Both the position numbers and the translations under genes were made by a program. A stretch of 64,000 nt of DNA from a bacterium (GTDB lineage: Bacteria > Auribacterota > UBA3054): assembly GCA_017963805.1 (NCBI GenBank), contig JAGCTE010000044.1, forward strand, positions 5,921-69,920, in the 5' to 3' direction. Each line of letters starts with the position of its first letter. Within the stretch, counting starts at the first letter, position 1. This document shows, in pieces, positions 1-8,188 of this stretch. Under the pieces are notes generated by a model, which saw only the letters and a program-made list of their open reading frames with translations, was not told where the DNA came from and did not search any database.

Positions 1-2871
1 TACACAGTCAAGGGAAGCTCCCCGAAATCTTTCTACGACAACCTTGAGGACACCATCCAGTTCATGAACGGCCGCTACGCCGCCATGAGTTACCCCCTGG
101 CTCCTTACGGCATCATCGACCGCTACAGAGTCGACCATGTTGAAATGATGAACGTGGCCAAGGATCCCACCCGCTTCGAAGGATGCGAGGATTACTACAC
201 TACGGTCAGCTACAGCGAAGGCGACGACTACGGCGGATACCTTGGCAACCCCTACGACTGGATCGGGCAGACCTTCCTTTGGAACGGGAACGGCGTCTTT
301 TCGACCATGGGGCACGGCGCGGTTTGCCACGAGACCGGCCACTCCTTCGGCTTCCCCGACACCTACCGCTTCAACATGCCGGCCGCCAACAACAAAGTCT
401 TCGGAGAAGCCTACACTTGCAACTGGGCCGATCCCAAAGGCAAGGAAGACATCATGCGCTACTGCTACAACGGCACCAGGGACGTCTTCACGGAGCTGGA
501 ATGTGCGACCATCAACCTGAAGGCCGGCTCCCAGCGCCGTTATCCCCCGGAGATGCACAACGGCGTGAAAGGCTGGATGTTCGCCTGCCTTCCCACCAAC
601 ATCTGCATAAAAGCCTACGGCGAAAACGGCCACGAGCTCTGTCTGGCCGAAGTCCTCGTCTACCGCGGGACCGGCAGCAGCTACGAGCTCGCTTTCGGCA
701 ACACCAGCCCGAGCTACACCTTGACATATGATCAGGGCGCCAAATTCAAACCGAATTACAGCTACGACAACAACAATCTTTACTACAACAGCTTCATCTT
801 CAAGCTGCCCGGCGATGACACATCGAACTACAAGATCATCGACAGCCTGAGATTGAACTACGAATACCTGAAAGGCCAGAAAGACGTCTGCTTCTTCTCC
901 TTCACGAACGCGAATTACAAGGCCGCCGAGCCGACTTCCATCGTGATAGGAGACGGCAGCGGCTCCACTTTCACCCTGAAGAACGAACTGCATTTATCTT
1001 ATCCCGCCAACGCCCAAAAGATCCGCTGGGCCTACAACGAAGCCGGCTTAAACGACGCCGAGTGGCTGGACATCTCCGAAGACATGGAAATGATCTTCAC
1101 GAAAAACGGCCGCCTTTCCATCTATTTCCAAACGCTTTCCTATGACTGCGTGCTTTCCGACGTTTACGTAAGGGAAATAACCGTTACGACCGACTGGGAC
1201 ATGGGATTGGCCTGGCTTGAGCGCACGCCGAAATACGGCATCGGCAAATACGACATCGGCAGCACCTACCGTCCGAAGCCGGGCGACAGGCTTACCTGGA
1301 CCGCCAACATCTACTGCAACACTTCGCTGACGAACGATCCCATCGACGTGGTCGTCGACTGGTACGTCAACACGAAAAAGGAAGCATCGCACACCAACAG
1401 CTTCAGGGTCGTCCGCGACCTTTACCAGGACGACTTCCATTGGACCATGCCGGACACTTACGTCTACGATTTCACCAAGCCGCTTACCAACATCGTAAGA
1501 GCCGTCATCAGCTACCCCGAGGGATACGTCGACAACAACGTCAGCAACAACGTGCTGGACGTCTATATGGACGCCCTCAGTTTCGGCGTGACCGTCGTCA
1601 ACTCCACCTTCGACAAGTACACCAAGTCTTCCAAAAAGTCGTTCTACGACCACATGAACGACACTATCAACTACATGAACGCCCAGTACGCCAGGGCCAA
1701 GTCGGTGCTGGCGCCCTACGGCATCATAGACCGCTACCGGGTAGGGTATCTGAAACGCCAGGATTCGGAGTACTTCCCTCTCAACCCGGCTGACAGCACC
1801 AACTGCACCACCCAGCTCGTCTTCAACGAGGGCGGCTCGATGGGCGCCTTCTTCAACGCCCCCTACTACTGGATCGGACAAACCTTCGCCTCCGGCATCT
1901 TCGACATGGCCGGGCACGGCGCGCTCTGCCACGAATCGGGGCACTCGCTGCAGCTGCCCGACACCTACCGTTTCGATCTTTCGGAAGAGAACAACAAGGT
2001 CAACGGCAAGGCCTGGGGCTGCAAATGGATGGATCCAGAAGGCATGCAGGACATCATGCGCTTCTGCTACGACGGCTGGGGCGACATCTTCTGCGGCGTA
2101 GGCCCGGCCGCCGCCAACCTCCAGGCCGGCGTTTACCGCCGCACGCCTCCCGAGATCTACTCCAATGAATTCTGCTATTCAGTCGGCTGGATGTTCCAGT
2201 ATCTACCAACCAGCATCGTCGTGAGAGTCCACCATACGGACGGCCGCGAGCTCGACCAGCTGCCCATCCAGATCTACCGCGGCGGCGGCGAGGGCTACTA
2301 CATGCAGTTCCCCGATTCCCACTACGAATGGCGGAAGATCTATTCGAAGGGCGGCATCCGCTTCGAGCCCAACTGCCGCTACGATAACGCGAGGATCTTC
2401 GAGAACTGCTTCATGATAAGTTTGCGCTGCACCGGAACTCCCTTCGACATCCTTGACGTTCTGCGCCTCAACCACCTCTGCATGCTGCAGGGCAGCACCA
2501 ACACTGTCGTCTTTTCCTACACCAACGATTTCAAGGCCGCCGAGATCACCAGCCTGAAGCTCAACGACGGCGCTTCCGAGACCTTGTCGAGAGACGTTAC
2601 CTTAACTCTCGCCACCGACAACGCCATTAGGAAAGCAAGATGGGCCTATTCGGAGGAGGAGCTTGAGGAGACGGAATGGGAAGAAAGCTTCACCGCCAAA
2701 ACCATAACGCTCCCGGAAGAGGAAAAGAAATACACCGTCTACGCGCAAGTTTTGTCAAGAGACTTTGTCCCCTCTTACACTAAGAGCGCAGAAATAACCC
2801 TCGTCCCGGAACCGGGTTTAATATTCGCGCTTTGGGTACTAGCTGCCTTCGGGCTGCGAAAACGCTTTTAA
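1..2871 (+). CDS. PEP-CTERM-anchored zinc metalloprotease with tandem catalytic repeats (metzincin/M6-like), 5'-truncated by the window edge
   Basis: Frame is open from base 1 (YTVKGSSPKSFYDNLEDTIQFM...). Two HExGHxxxxPDTY motifs (HETGHSFGFPDTY, HESGHSLQLPDTY), each followed by a DIM Met-turn-like motif. C-terminus VPEPG + hydrophobic stretch + RKRF. Confidence 0.8.
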   Translation, partial: YTVKGSSPKSFYDNLEDTIQFMNGRYAAMSYPLAPYGIIDRYRVDHVEMMNVAKDPTRFEGCEDYYTTVSYSEGDDYGGYLGNPYDWIGQTFLWNGNGVFSTMGHGAVCHETGHSFGFPDTYRFNMPAANNKVFGEAYTCNWADPKGKEDIMRYCYNGTRDVFTELECATINLKAGSQRRYPPEMHNGVKGWMFACLPTNICIKAYGENGHELCLAEVLVYRGTGSSYELAFGNTSPSYTLTYDQGAKFKPNYSYDNNNLYYNSFIFKLPGDDTSNYKIIDSLRLNYEYLKGQKDVCFFSFTNANYKAAEPTSIVIGDGSGSTFTLKNELHLSYPANAQKIRWAYNEAGLNDAEWLDISEDMEMIFTKNGRLSIYFQTLSYDCVLSDVYVREITVTTDWDMGLAWLERTPKYGIGKYDIGSTYRPKPGDRLTWTANIYCNTSLTNDPIDVVVDWYVNTKKEASHTNSFRVVRDLYQDDFHWTMPDTYVYDFTKPLTNIVRAVISYPEGYVDNNVSNNVLDVYMDALSFGVTVVNSTFDKYTKSSKKSFYDHMNDTINYMNAQYARAKSVLAPYGIIDRYRVGYLKRQDSEYFPLNPADSTNCTTQLVFNEGGSMGAFFNAPYYWIGQTFASGIFDMAGHGALCHESGHSLQLPDTYRFDLSEENNKVNGKAWGCKWMDPEGMQDIMRFCYDGWGDIFCGVGPAAANLQAGVYRRTPPEIYSNEFCYSVGWMFQYLPTSIVVRVHHTDGRELDQLPIQIYRGGGEGYYMQFPDSHYEWRKIYSKGGIRFEPNCRYDNARIFENCFMISLRCTGTPFDILDVLRLNHLCMLQGSTNTVVFSYTNDFKAAEITSLKLNDGASETLSRDVTLTLATDNAIRKARWAYSEEELEETEWEESFTAKTITLPEEEKKYTVYAQVLSRDFVPSYTKSAEITLVPEPGLIFALWVLAAFGLRKRF
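97..2790 (+). repeat. Intragenic tandem duplication, unit about 1611 bp (537 aa)
   Basis: LAPYGIIDRYRV is encoded at about 97 and 1708. WIGQTF, GHGAxCHExGH, DIMRxCY, GWMF, LRLN, KAAE and RWAY recur in the same order. Confidence 0.85.
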
Positions 2872-3786
2872 GATCTCAGCCAAAGGCGGAAGTTTGCCTG
2901 TGAAGGCGAAAACGAGGCCGGCCCAGACTCCTTTCAAATAAGCTTTGACAAAGGAGGCGGGAGCCTTGTACCAAAGCATGTTGAAAAGATAATAGGCGTG
3001 GTACAGCGGCTGATAGAAAAGCATGAAGACGAGGAACTGGAACATGGTTCCGTAGCGCTTTATCAAAACGGCGCGGTTCCTGGCGAAGATGTAGGTCTGC
3101 AAAGGATTCGTTAATCCGAGTCTTCTGGCGTCTGATCTTTTCACTTCCTGCATGTGGTCGGTCACGGCGTCCAAAAGGAAGAGCGCCTTGAAGCCTCGCT
3201 TTTCCATGCGGCGGCAGTAGTCCTCGTCGGCCATGGTGGAAAAAAGACGGTCGTCCATTAAGCCCGTCGCTTGGGCGGCTTCTTTTTTTATTAGCGTGGC
3301 GTTCGGGATCCTGCGCGTGGGGTAAGTCTTTGTGTCTTTTGTAAAATTCTTGTCGTTGAGAAGATTCCTGCCGCTCCACATGGAGGTTTCTCCCCCGCAG
3401 AAGCAGACCGTCTTGGGATCGTCATAACCGTTCATAAAGAGCGGAAGGACGATGCCGAGGTTGGGATCGGAAAAAAGCTTTCTTTGCAGTTTCTCAAGCA
3501 TGTCTGGTTCTACGATGTTATCGTCGTCGAGAAGCAGAACGGAATCGGTCGTGAAAGTTGAGAGCGCCAGGTTGTGGCAGTAGGAAAGGCCGAAATTCTC
3601 TTTGTTTTCAATGACCTTGACCTGGGGGAATTCATTTTCGAGCATTTCGGCAGTCCCGTCCGTCGAGGCGTTGTCGTAAACTCTCACTTCGTCCGGGACG
3701 AGCGTCCCGGAAAGGACGGAAGCAAGGCACTTCCTTAGGAGTTCCTTCCTGTTGCGGGTTATAACTGCGACCGTGACGCTCGGCAT
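2839..3786 (-). CDS. Glycosyltransferase family 2
   Basis: VAVITRN, DNASTDGT, ENFG, LLLDDD (DxD), DEDYCRR motifs. Confidence 0.9.
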   Translation of the reverse strand: MPSVTVAVITRNRKELLRKCLASVLSGTLVPDEVRVYDNASTDGTAEMLENEFPQVKVIENKENFGLSYCHNLALSTFTTDSVLLLDDDNIVEPDMLEKLQRKLFSDPNLGIVLPLFMNGYDDPKTVCFCGGETSMWSGRNLLNDKNFTKDTKTYPTRRIPNATLIKKEAAQATGLMDDRLFSTMADEDYCRRMEKRGFKALFLLDAVTDHMQEVKRSDARRLGLTNPLQTYIFARNRAVLIKRYGTMFQFLVFMLFYQPLYHAYYLFNMLWYKAPASFVKAYLKGVWAGLVFAFTGKLPPLAEILKAFSQPEGS

Positions 3787-3787
3787 G

Positions 3788-4786
3788 TCAGGGGATCTCC
3801 AGGTAACGTATATCGGCCCTGTTCCTCAGGAAGAGCAGCCATTTGCCGCGGTTCTCGTCCAGCACCTGTTTTATGAGGTACTCCATCAAAACCACCCGCG
3901 ATTCCTCGAAAGAATTGGTATAGGCCGGCGCTTTTCTGGTGACGTAAAGGAGATGCGCGCCGAGAGGAGAGACTACTACGCCGCTCGTGTTGCTTATGGC
4001 CAAAGCGAAAGCGGCGTCGTGGATGACTTTGGGAACGGAGTTGGTGTCCCCCTTCCTCAGTTCGCCCACCATGCCGTCGTGCTGGGATGAGCGGCACTCG
4101 GAATACTCCCTGGCCGCCTTGGCGAAGGTAATGTACTTGTGGTCTATCTGGTCTTTGATGTAATTGAGGTATTCGTCGGCGTAAACTTCCTTGGAACCGT
4201 CAGGAAGGAACCTCTTGTCGAGGGAGACCTGGATATGCGAGAGCCAGAGGCGCTCGGGCAGGATCATGTGATCTTTCAAGAGCTCGTAGGTCTCCCTCAG
4301 CTGCTCCTCCGTGGGAGGGTTTAGATGCATGTCCCTTGTGAAGACCTTAAGGGCTTCAAGATCGGCCTTGACGTCCGCTTCCAATTCCTCTAACGTCACG
4401 TATCCCCTTTCCTGGAGATAGTTGATGAAATTGTCGGAGCCGCCCAGGTCGTCGATCATTTTCGAGATGTGGGCTTTGATCTCCTCGTCGCTGATGGTGG
4501 CAGGAGTTTCCTTGATCCTCTGCTTGACGAGTTCCTCGTTGATCATCTGCTCGAGCTTCTGGCCGCGCATTTTCTTCAAAAGCTCATAGGTCACGGGAGG
4601 ATTGTGCTTCTCGTATTCCTCGCCCCAGTTTGAGATGTAGAGTTCCAGCGTCTCGGACATAAGGGGAACTCCGTTGACCGTCGCTATGACGCGGTTGGTC
4701 AGCGCCGTTTCACGGTCGGCGGGCGTTTCCGGAATGTCGCAGCCCAGAAGGAAGAGCGCGAAAAGCAACGGAATATACTTCACCAT
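3788..4786 (-). CDS. PpiC/parvulin-type peptidyl-prolyl isomerase lipoprotein (SurA/PrsA/EpsD-like)
   Basis: Lipobox LLGC. VIATVNG SurA-type N-terminus. SHIQV, FAKAAREYSE, GVVVSPLGAHLL rotamase motifs. GAGGAGG RBS-like run upstream. Confidence 0.85.
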   Translation of the reverse strand: MVKYIPLLFALFLLGCDIPETPADRETALTNRVIATVNGVPLMSETLELYISNWGEEYEKHNPPVTYELLKKMRGQKLEQMINEELVKQRIKETPATISDEEIKAHISKMIDDLGGSDNFINYLQERGYVTLEELEADVKADLEALKVFTRDMHLNPPTEEQLRETYELLKDHMILPERLWLSHIQVSLDKRFLPDGSKEVYADEYLNYIKDQIDHKYITFAKAAREYSECRSSQHDGMVGELRKGDTNSVPKVIHDAAFALAISNTSGVVVSPLGAHLLYVTRKAPAYTNSFEESRVVLMEYLIKQVLDENRGKWLLFLRNRADIRYLEIP

Positions 4787-4968
4787 TCCTCCTCCTCGCC
4801 GCGGATCTTTTTTGGACGCGGCCTGGGGTCTGGTTTGGCGAAGCGCTCAAGGTCTTCTTTTCTCTTTTTCTCCCTGCGCTCGCTTTTGCAGGCGTGGTAG
4901 CGGCTGCGGCGGCGGGAATGGCGGAAGACTTCCACCTCTTCTGTTTTGACGTCTTCAGGCAAAATCAA
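4780..4968 (-). CDS. Small, highly charged hypothetical protein (about 60 aa)
   Basis: Fills the gap between two genes exactly and overlaps both neighbours. GAGGA lies upstream of TTG starts at 4968/4962. No recognisable family. Confidence 0.45.
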   Translation of the reverse strand: MILPEDVKTEEVEVFRHSRRRSRYHACKSERREKKRKEDLERFAKPDPRPRPKKIRGEEEEW

Positions 4969-6080
4969 TCCTCTGTGAACTGGCGTTTCAGCTGCTCCAT
5001 CTCGCGCTTTTCCCTGTTGGGGTCGGAGACGAGGTTAAGGAAGGTCTTGATCTTTTTCTGCTTCGGCTTGACGGTCACCATGGTGCGCTGGGATCTGAGG
5101 CGCTTGTCGCCGTGCAAGGCTTCCAAATAATAGACGCCGGGCTGCACGTGCTTGAAGATATAGAAGCCTTCCTTACTGTAGGTGTCGGCTTCCATATGGA
5201 TGAGCATGCCGTTGGATCTGGCGTCCCTCAATATAACCCTGGCGTCCAGGTGGCGCAAAGGATTGCCGTCCATGAGAACGTAGCCGTAGAGGTCGCGCCG
5301 GTCGCGGTCAACGCTGATCCTCACGCCTTCGTTGGTCAAGGTGATCGGGAAGTAATAGAATCTTCCCTCGTTGATCCTTTCGTCGATGAAGCGCTTGCGG
5401 CGCTCCAAGACCATCGTGTAGCGGCCGGGCGTGATGTCTTTTATGCAGAAGAGGCCGTTGGTGACGACCAGGCCTCCGGCCTGGGCGCCCTCCTGGTTCA
5501 TGAGGCGCAGAAAGACGCCGCGCTGGGCGTCCTCGCCGTCCACGGTAAGCTTTCCGTAAACGGTCATCGGCATCACGAAGCGGATGTTGACGTCGTAGCG
5601 GTAGCCCGGCAGCAAGACCAGGTTCGTGAAGAAGAACTGGTTCTTGTAATGGGCGGTAAGCGTGTAGTAGTTGGAGGAAGTGATGTAGTAGGCGTAGGTG
5701 CCTTTCCTGGTCGTCAGCATCGACCTTAGGTCCTCGCTGTCCTCGGCGCGGAAGAAAAGCGTCTTTACGTTCGCCATCGGTTCTCCCTTATGGTTCACGA
5801 CTTTGCCGGTAAGCAGCCCGTTGCCGGGAAATTGTTCGCCCAAACTCTTGCCCTGCTTCGATTCGGTGTCGCCTATCATGCTGCTGATGAGCTGATCTAT
5901 CTCGCTGTCATTTGCGGAAGAAGGCTCTTTCGAAAAAGGATCGTCAAGCTGACTCAGCGTGTCCTCAATGAGCTTTAAGTCCATGCTGTCTTTCTTGACG
6001 CTGCTGACTTTGAATTCGGGATCCGCGGCGTCCGCCAGTACGAACCCGCTGAATAGGAAAAGAAAAAGTAGTTTTTTCAT
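4965..6080 (-). CDS. Secreted protein with repeated carboxypeptidase-regulatory-like (prealbumin-fold) domains
   Basis: Signal peptide MKKLLFLFLFSGFVLA. Repeats LTGKVVNHKGEPMANV, GLFCIKDITPGRYTM, GFYIFKHVQPGVYYLEA. Confidence 0.7.
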   Translation of the reverse strand: MKKLLFLFLFSGFVLADAADPEFKVSSVKKDSMDLKLIEDTLSQLDDPFSKEPSSANDSEIDQLISSMIGDTESKQGKSLGEQFPGNGLLTGKVVNHKGEPMANVKTLFFRAEDSEDLRSMLTTRKGTYAYYITSSNYYTLTAHYKNQFFFTNLVLLPGYRYDVNIRFVMPMTVYGKLTVDGEDAQRGVFLRLMNQEGAQAGGLVVTNGLFCIKDITPGRYTMVLERRKRFIDERINEGRFYYFPITLTNEGVRISVDRDRRDLYGYVLMDGNPLRHLDARVILRDARSNGMLIHMEADTYSKEGFYIFKHVQPGVYYLEALHGDKRLRSQRTMVTVKPKQKKIKTFLNLVSDPNREKREMEQLKRQFTED

Positions 6081-6084
6081 GATC

Positions 6085-8184
6085 TTATTTGGTTTTTCTG
6101 CCCAAAAGAAGGGCGATTAAAAGCGCTGACAAAAGGATCGAAGGCTCGGGCACAAGCTCGTCCGCGCCGGAAACGGTCAGGGCGAAAGCTTGGTTCGGGC
6201 GCATAAGGTTGCCGGCCCTGACTATCACCTCGATGTCTTCTCCCGGGGGCAGATCTTCAACGTGCACCTTCTCCGTGTTGTTCAAGGTGTCGGTGCCCGA
6301 TCTCAGGGAATTGGGGAGATAGGTGGTTTCGCCGACTGTGACCGTAAGATCCAGATCGTTGATCAGCGAGACCGCGGCCCCCACGCTGCCCGCGAGGTCA
6401 GTCCAGCAGAGAGTGACGTTTAAGGTGTTTGTTGTGTTGTTGGCGAATACAAACGACGCTTCGTCGCCGGTGTTTTTCAGGCTGCCCTCGAAAGGAAAGA
6501 GCTGCCCGGAACTGGGATTGATGCTCTCGAAAAGATTGACGTGCCCGAACCCGTTCACGCAGTTGGGAGTTCTTTTAGGTATTTCGCTATTGTTGCTGTA
6601 CTGACCGTTCCCCATCGATCTGCATCCGTTTATAAGCACGGACCTGACCAGTGCGGAGGTAGGCTTCTCAAAACCGTTTTCCTTAAGATACTGCATGATG
6701 TCGGCGCAGGCGCCGGCGGTAAGCGGCGTGGACATGGAGGTGCCGGACATGAAGGCGTAGTAGCTCACCCTTGTGCCGTTGTTCAGAGGATCGCAAAGCG
6801 ATTCGGTGGATTTGACCTGGGTGCCGGGGGCGCAGACGTCGGGCTTGATGCGGCCGTCCTTGGCGGGCCCCCTGCTGGAATTCATCATCATCCCCTGCTG
6901 AACGCCGTTGGCGGGGTAGGCAATTTTGTCTTCGTAGAAAATGCTGCCGGGCTGCGCGCCGTATAGGGCGTAAGTCGTGGCAACGTCCGGACGGTAGTTT
7001 TCGGAGGCGCCGACCGTGATGACGTTTTTCGAAACGGCCGCCGAACCCATGGTGCAGTTGTCCTCCGTTATTATGTCCTTGTTGTTGTTGCCGGCGGAGA
7101 AAAGCACCAGATAATCCGGATATTTCTTGCAGATCTGGTCCCAGGCGCGGGCGCTGGAGTTGTATTCCCCGTCGCCGCCGGTGCCGTAGGAGTTGCTCAT
7201 GATGCGGGCGCCCGCGGAATAAGCCAGCTTGACGTCCGTCTCGTCTGGCGCGGCGATCCCGTTGCCGGCTCCGCCGCAGCAGATGAAATAAATGTCGGCG
7301 TCCGGGGCCATGCCGCCCGCGCCGGAATCAATGGTTCCGTTGCCGAGGACCGATCCGGCCACGTGTGTGCCGTGCCCGTTAAGGTCGCTCCATTCGGTCC
7401 TCGCGGTATTGTAGCTGCAGACAACTCCGGTGATCTTTTTGCCTTTGAAATCGGGATGGATGGTGTCGGGGTCGCCGCTGTCGAAGCCGGTGTCGGCAAC
7501 GCAGACTGTCACTCCTTTTCCCGTGTATCCCATCGAATTGACAGGCGTGACGTTCATGAGCGCCGGCGTCTTGGCAACGTCGTTGTTTATCGTCCAGACG
7601 GGCTCCTCCTCAACGTTGACCACCGCGCTAAGACTTGAAAGCTTCGGCACAAGGCCGCTTTTGATCTCCGCCCGAACGAGAGACGCGGTCTCGCTCGCCA
7701 GCGCGCATTTTGAGCAGCCGTTCTCTTTCAAAAACTTCTCCACTTCCCCGTAGGCGGCGCTGGAAACAAGGATAATGAGCGCCGAGAAAGAGTCCTCTTT
7801 CGCCATGAGCGTTTCGCGGAAGGCGCCAGCCGTTTTGTATTCGGGAAGGTATTCCCCGGCATAGAGGATCTCAAAGCGCGCCTTAAGATCATCAAGCGCT
7901 TTTTCTGTGCACAGAACATGGTAGGCGTTGGGCGGGAAAAAGCCGACTATTTCAACGCCGAGTGACTCTACGGCCTCGATGTCGTCGCCGTCAAAATTTC
8001 GGGCGGGCTGGAGGATGTACTGGAATTTGCCCGAGGAAGTCGGGGCGCATTTCGTTATGGAGACAGCCGACAACGCGGCGGCTTCCGGATCGATGACGGT
8101 CTCCCTCAGCCTGATCGGGCCCGGGTCGGCGGGAACGGAGAGGGCGGCGGAACAAAGGAGAAGAATAAGGAACGTTTTTTTCAT
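6085..8184 (-). CDS. S8 subtilase (KP-43-like) with PEP-CTERM anchor, paralog 3
   Basis: Signal peptide. Triad motifs VADTG, HGTHVAG, SGTSMSTP; oxyanion SAGN; NDLDL C-terminal domain. Tail VPEPSILLSALLIALLLGRKTK. Confidence 0.92.
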   Translation of the reverse strand: MKKTFLILLLCSAALSVPADPGPIRLRETVIDPEAAALSAVSITKCAPTSSGKFQYILQPARNFDGDDIEAVESLGVEIVGFFPPNAYHVLCTEKALDDLKARFEILYAGEYLPEYKTAGAFRETLMAKEDSFSALIILVSSAAYGEVEKFLKENGCSKCALASETASLVRAEIKSGLVPKLSSLSAVVNVEEEPVWTINNDVAKTPALMNVTPVNSMGYTGKGVTVCVADTGFDSGDPDTIHPDFKGKKITGVVCSYNTARTEWSDLNGHGTHVAGSVLGNGTIDSGAGGMAPDADIYFICCGGAGNGIAAPDETDVKLAYSAGARIMSNSYGTGGDGEYNSSARAWDQICKKYPDYLVLFSAGNNNKDIITEDNCTMGSAAVSKNVITVGASENYRPDVATTYALYGAQPGSIFYEDKIAYPANGVQQGMMMNSSRGPAKDGRIKPDVCAPGTQVKSTESLCDPLNNGTRVSYYAFMSGTSMSTPLTAGACADIMQYLKENGFEKPTSALVRSVLINGCRSMGNGQYSNNSEIPKRTPNCVNGFGHVNLFESINPSSGQLFPFEGSLKNTGDEASFVFANNTTNTLNVTLCWTDLAGSVGAAVSLINDLDLTVTVGETTYLPNSLRSGTDTLNNTEKVHVEDLPPGEDIEVIVRAGNLMRPNQAFALTVSGADELVPEPSILLSALLIALLLGRKTK

Positions 8185-8188
8185 AGTT

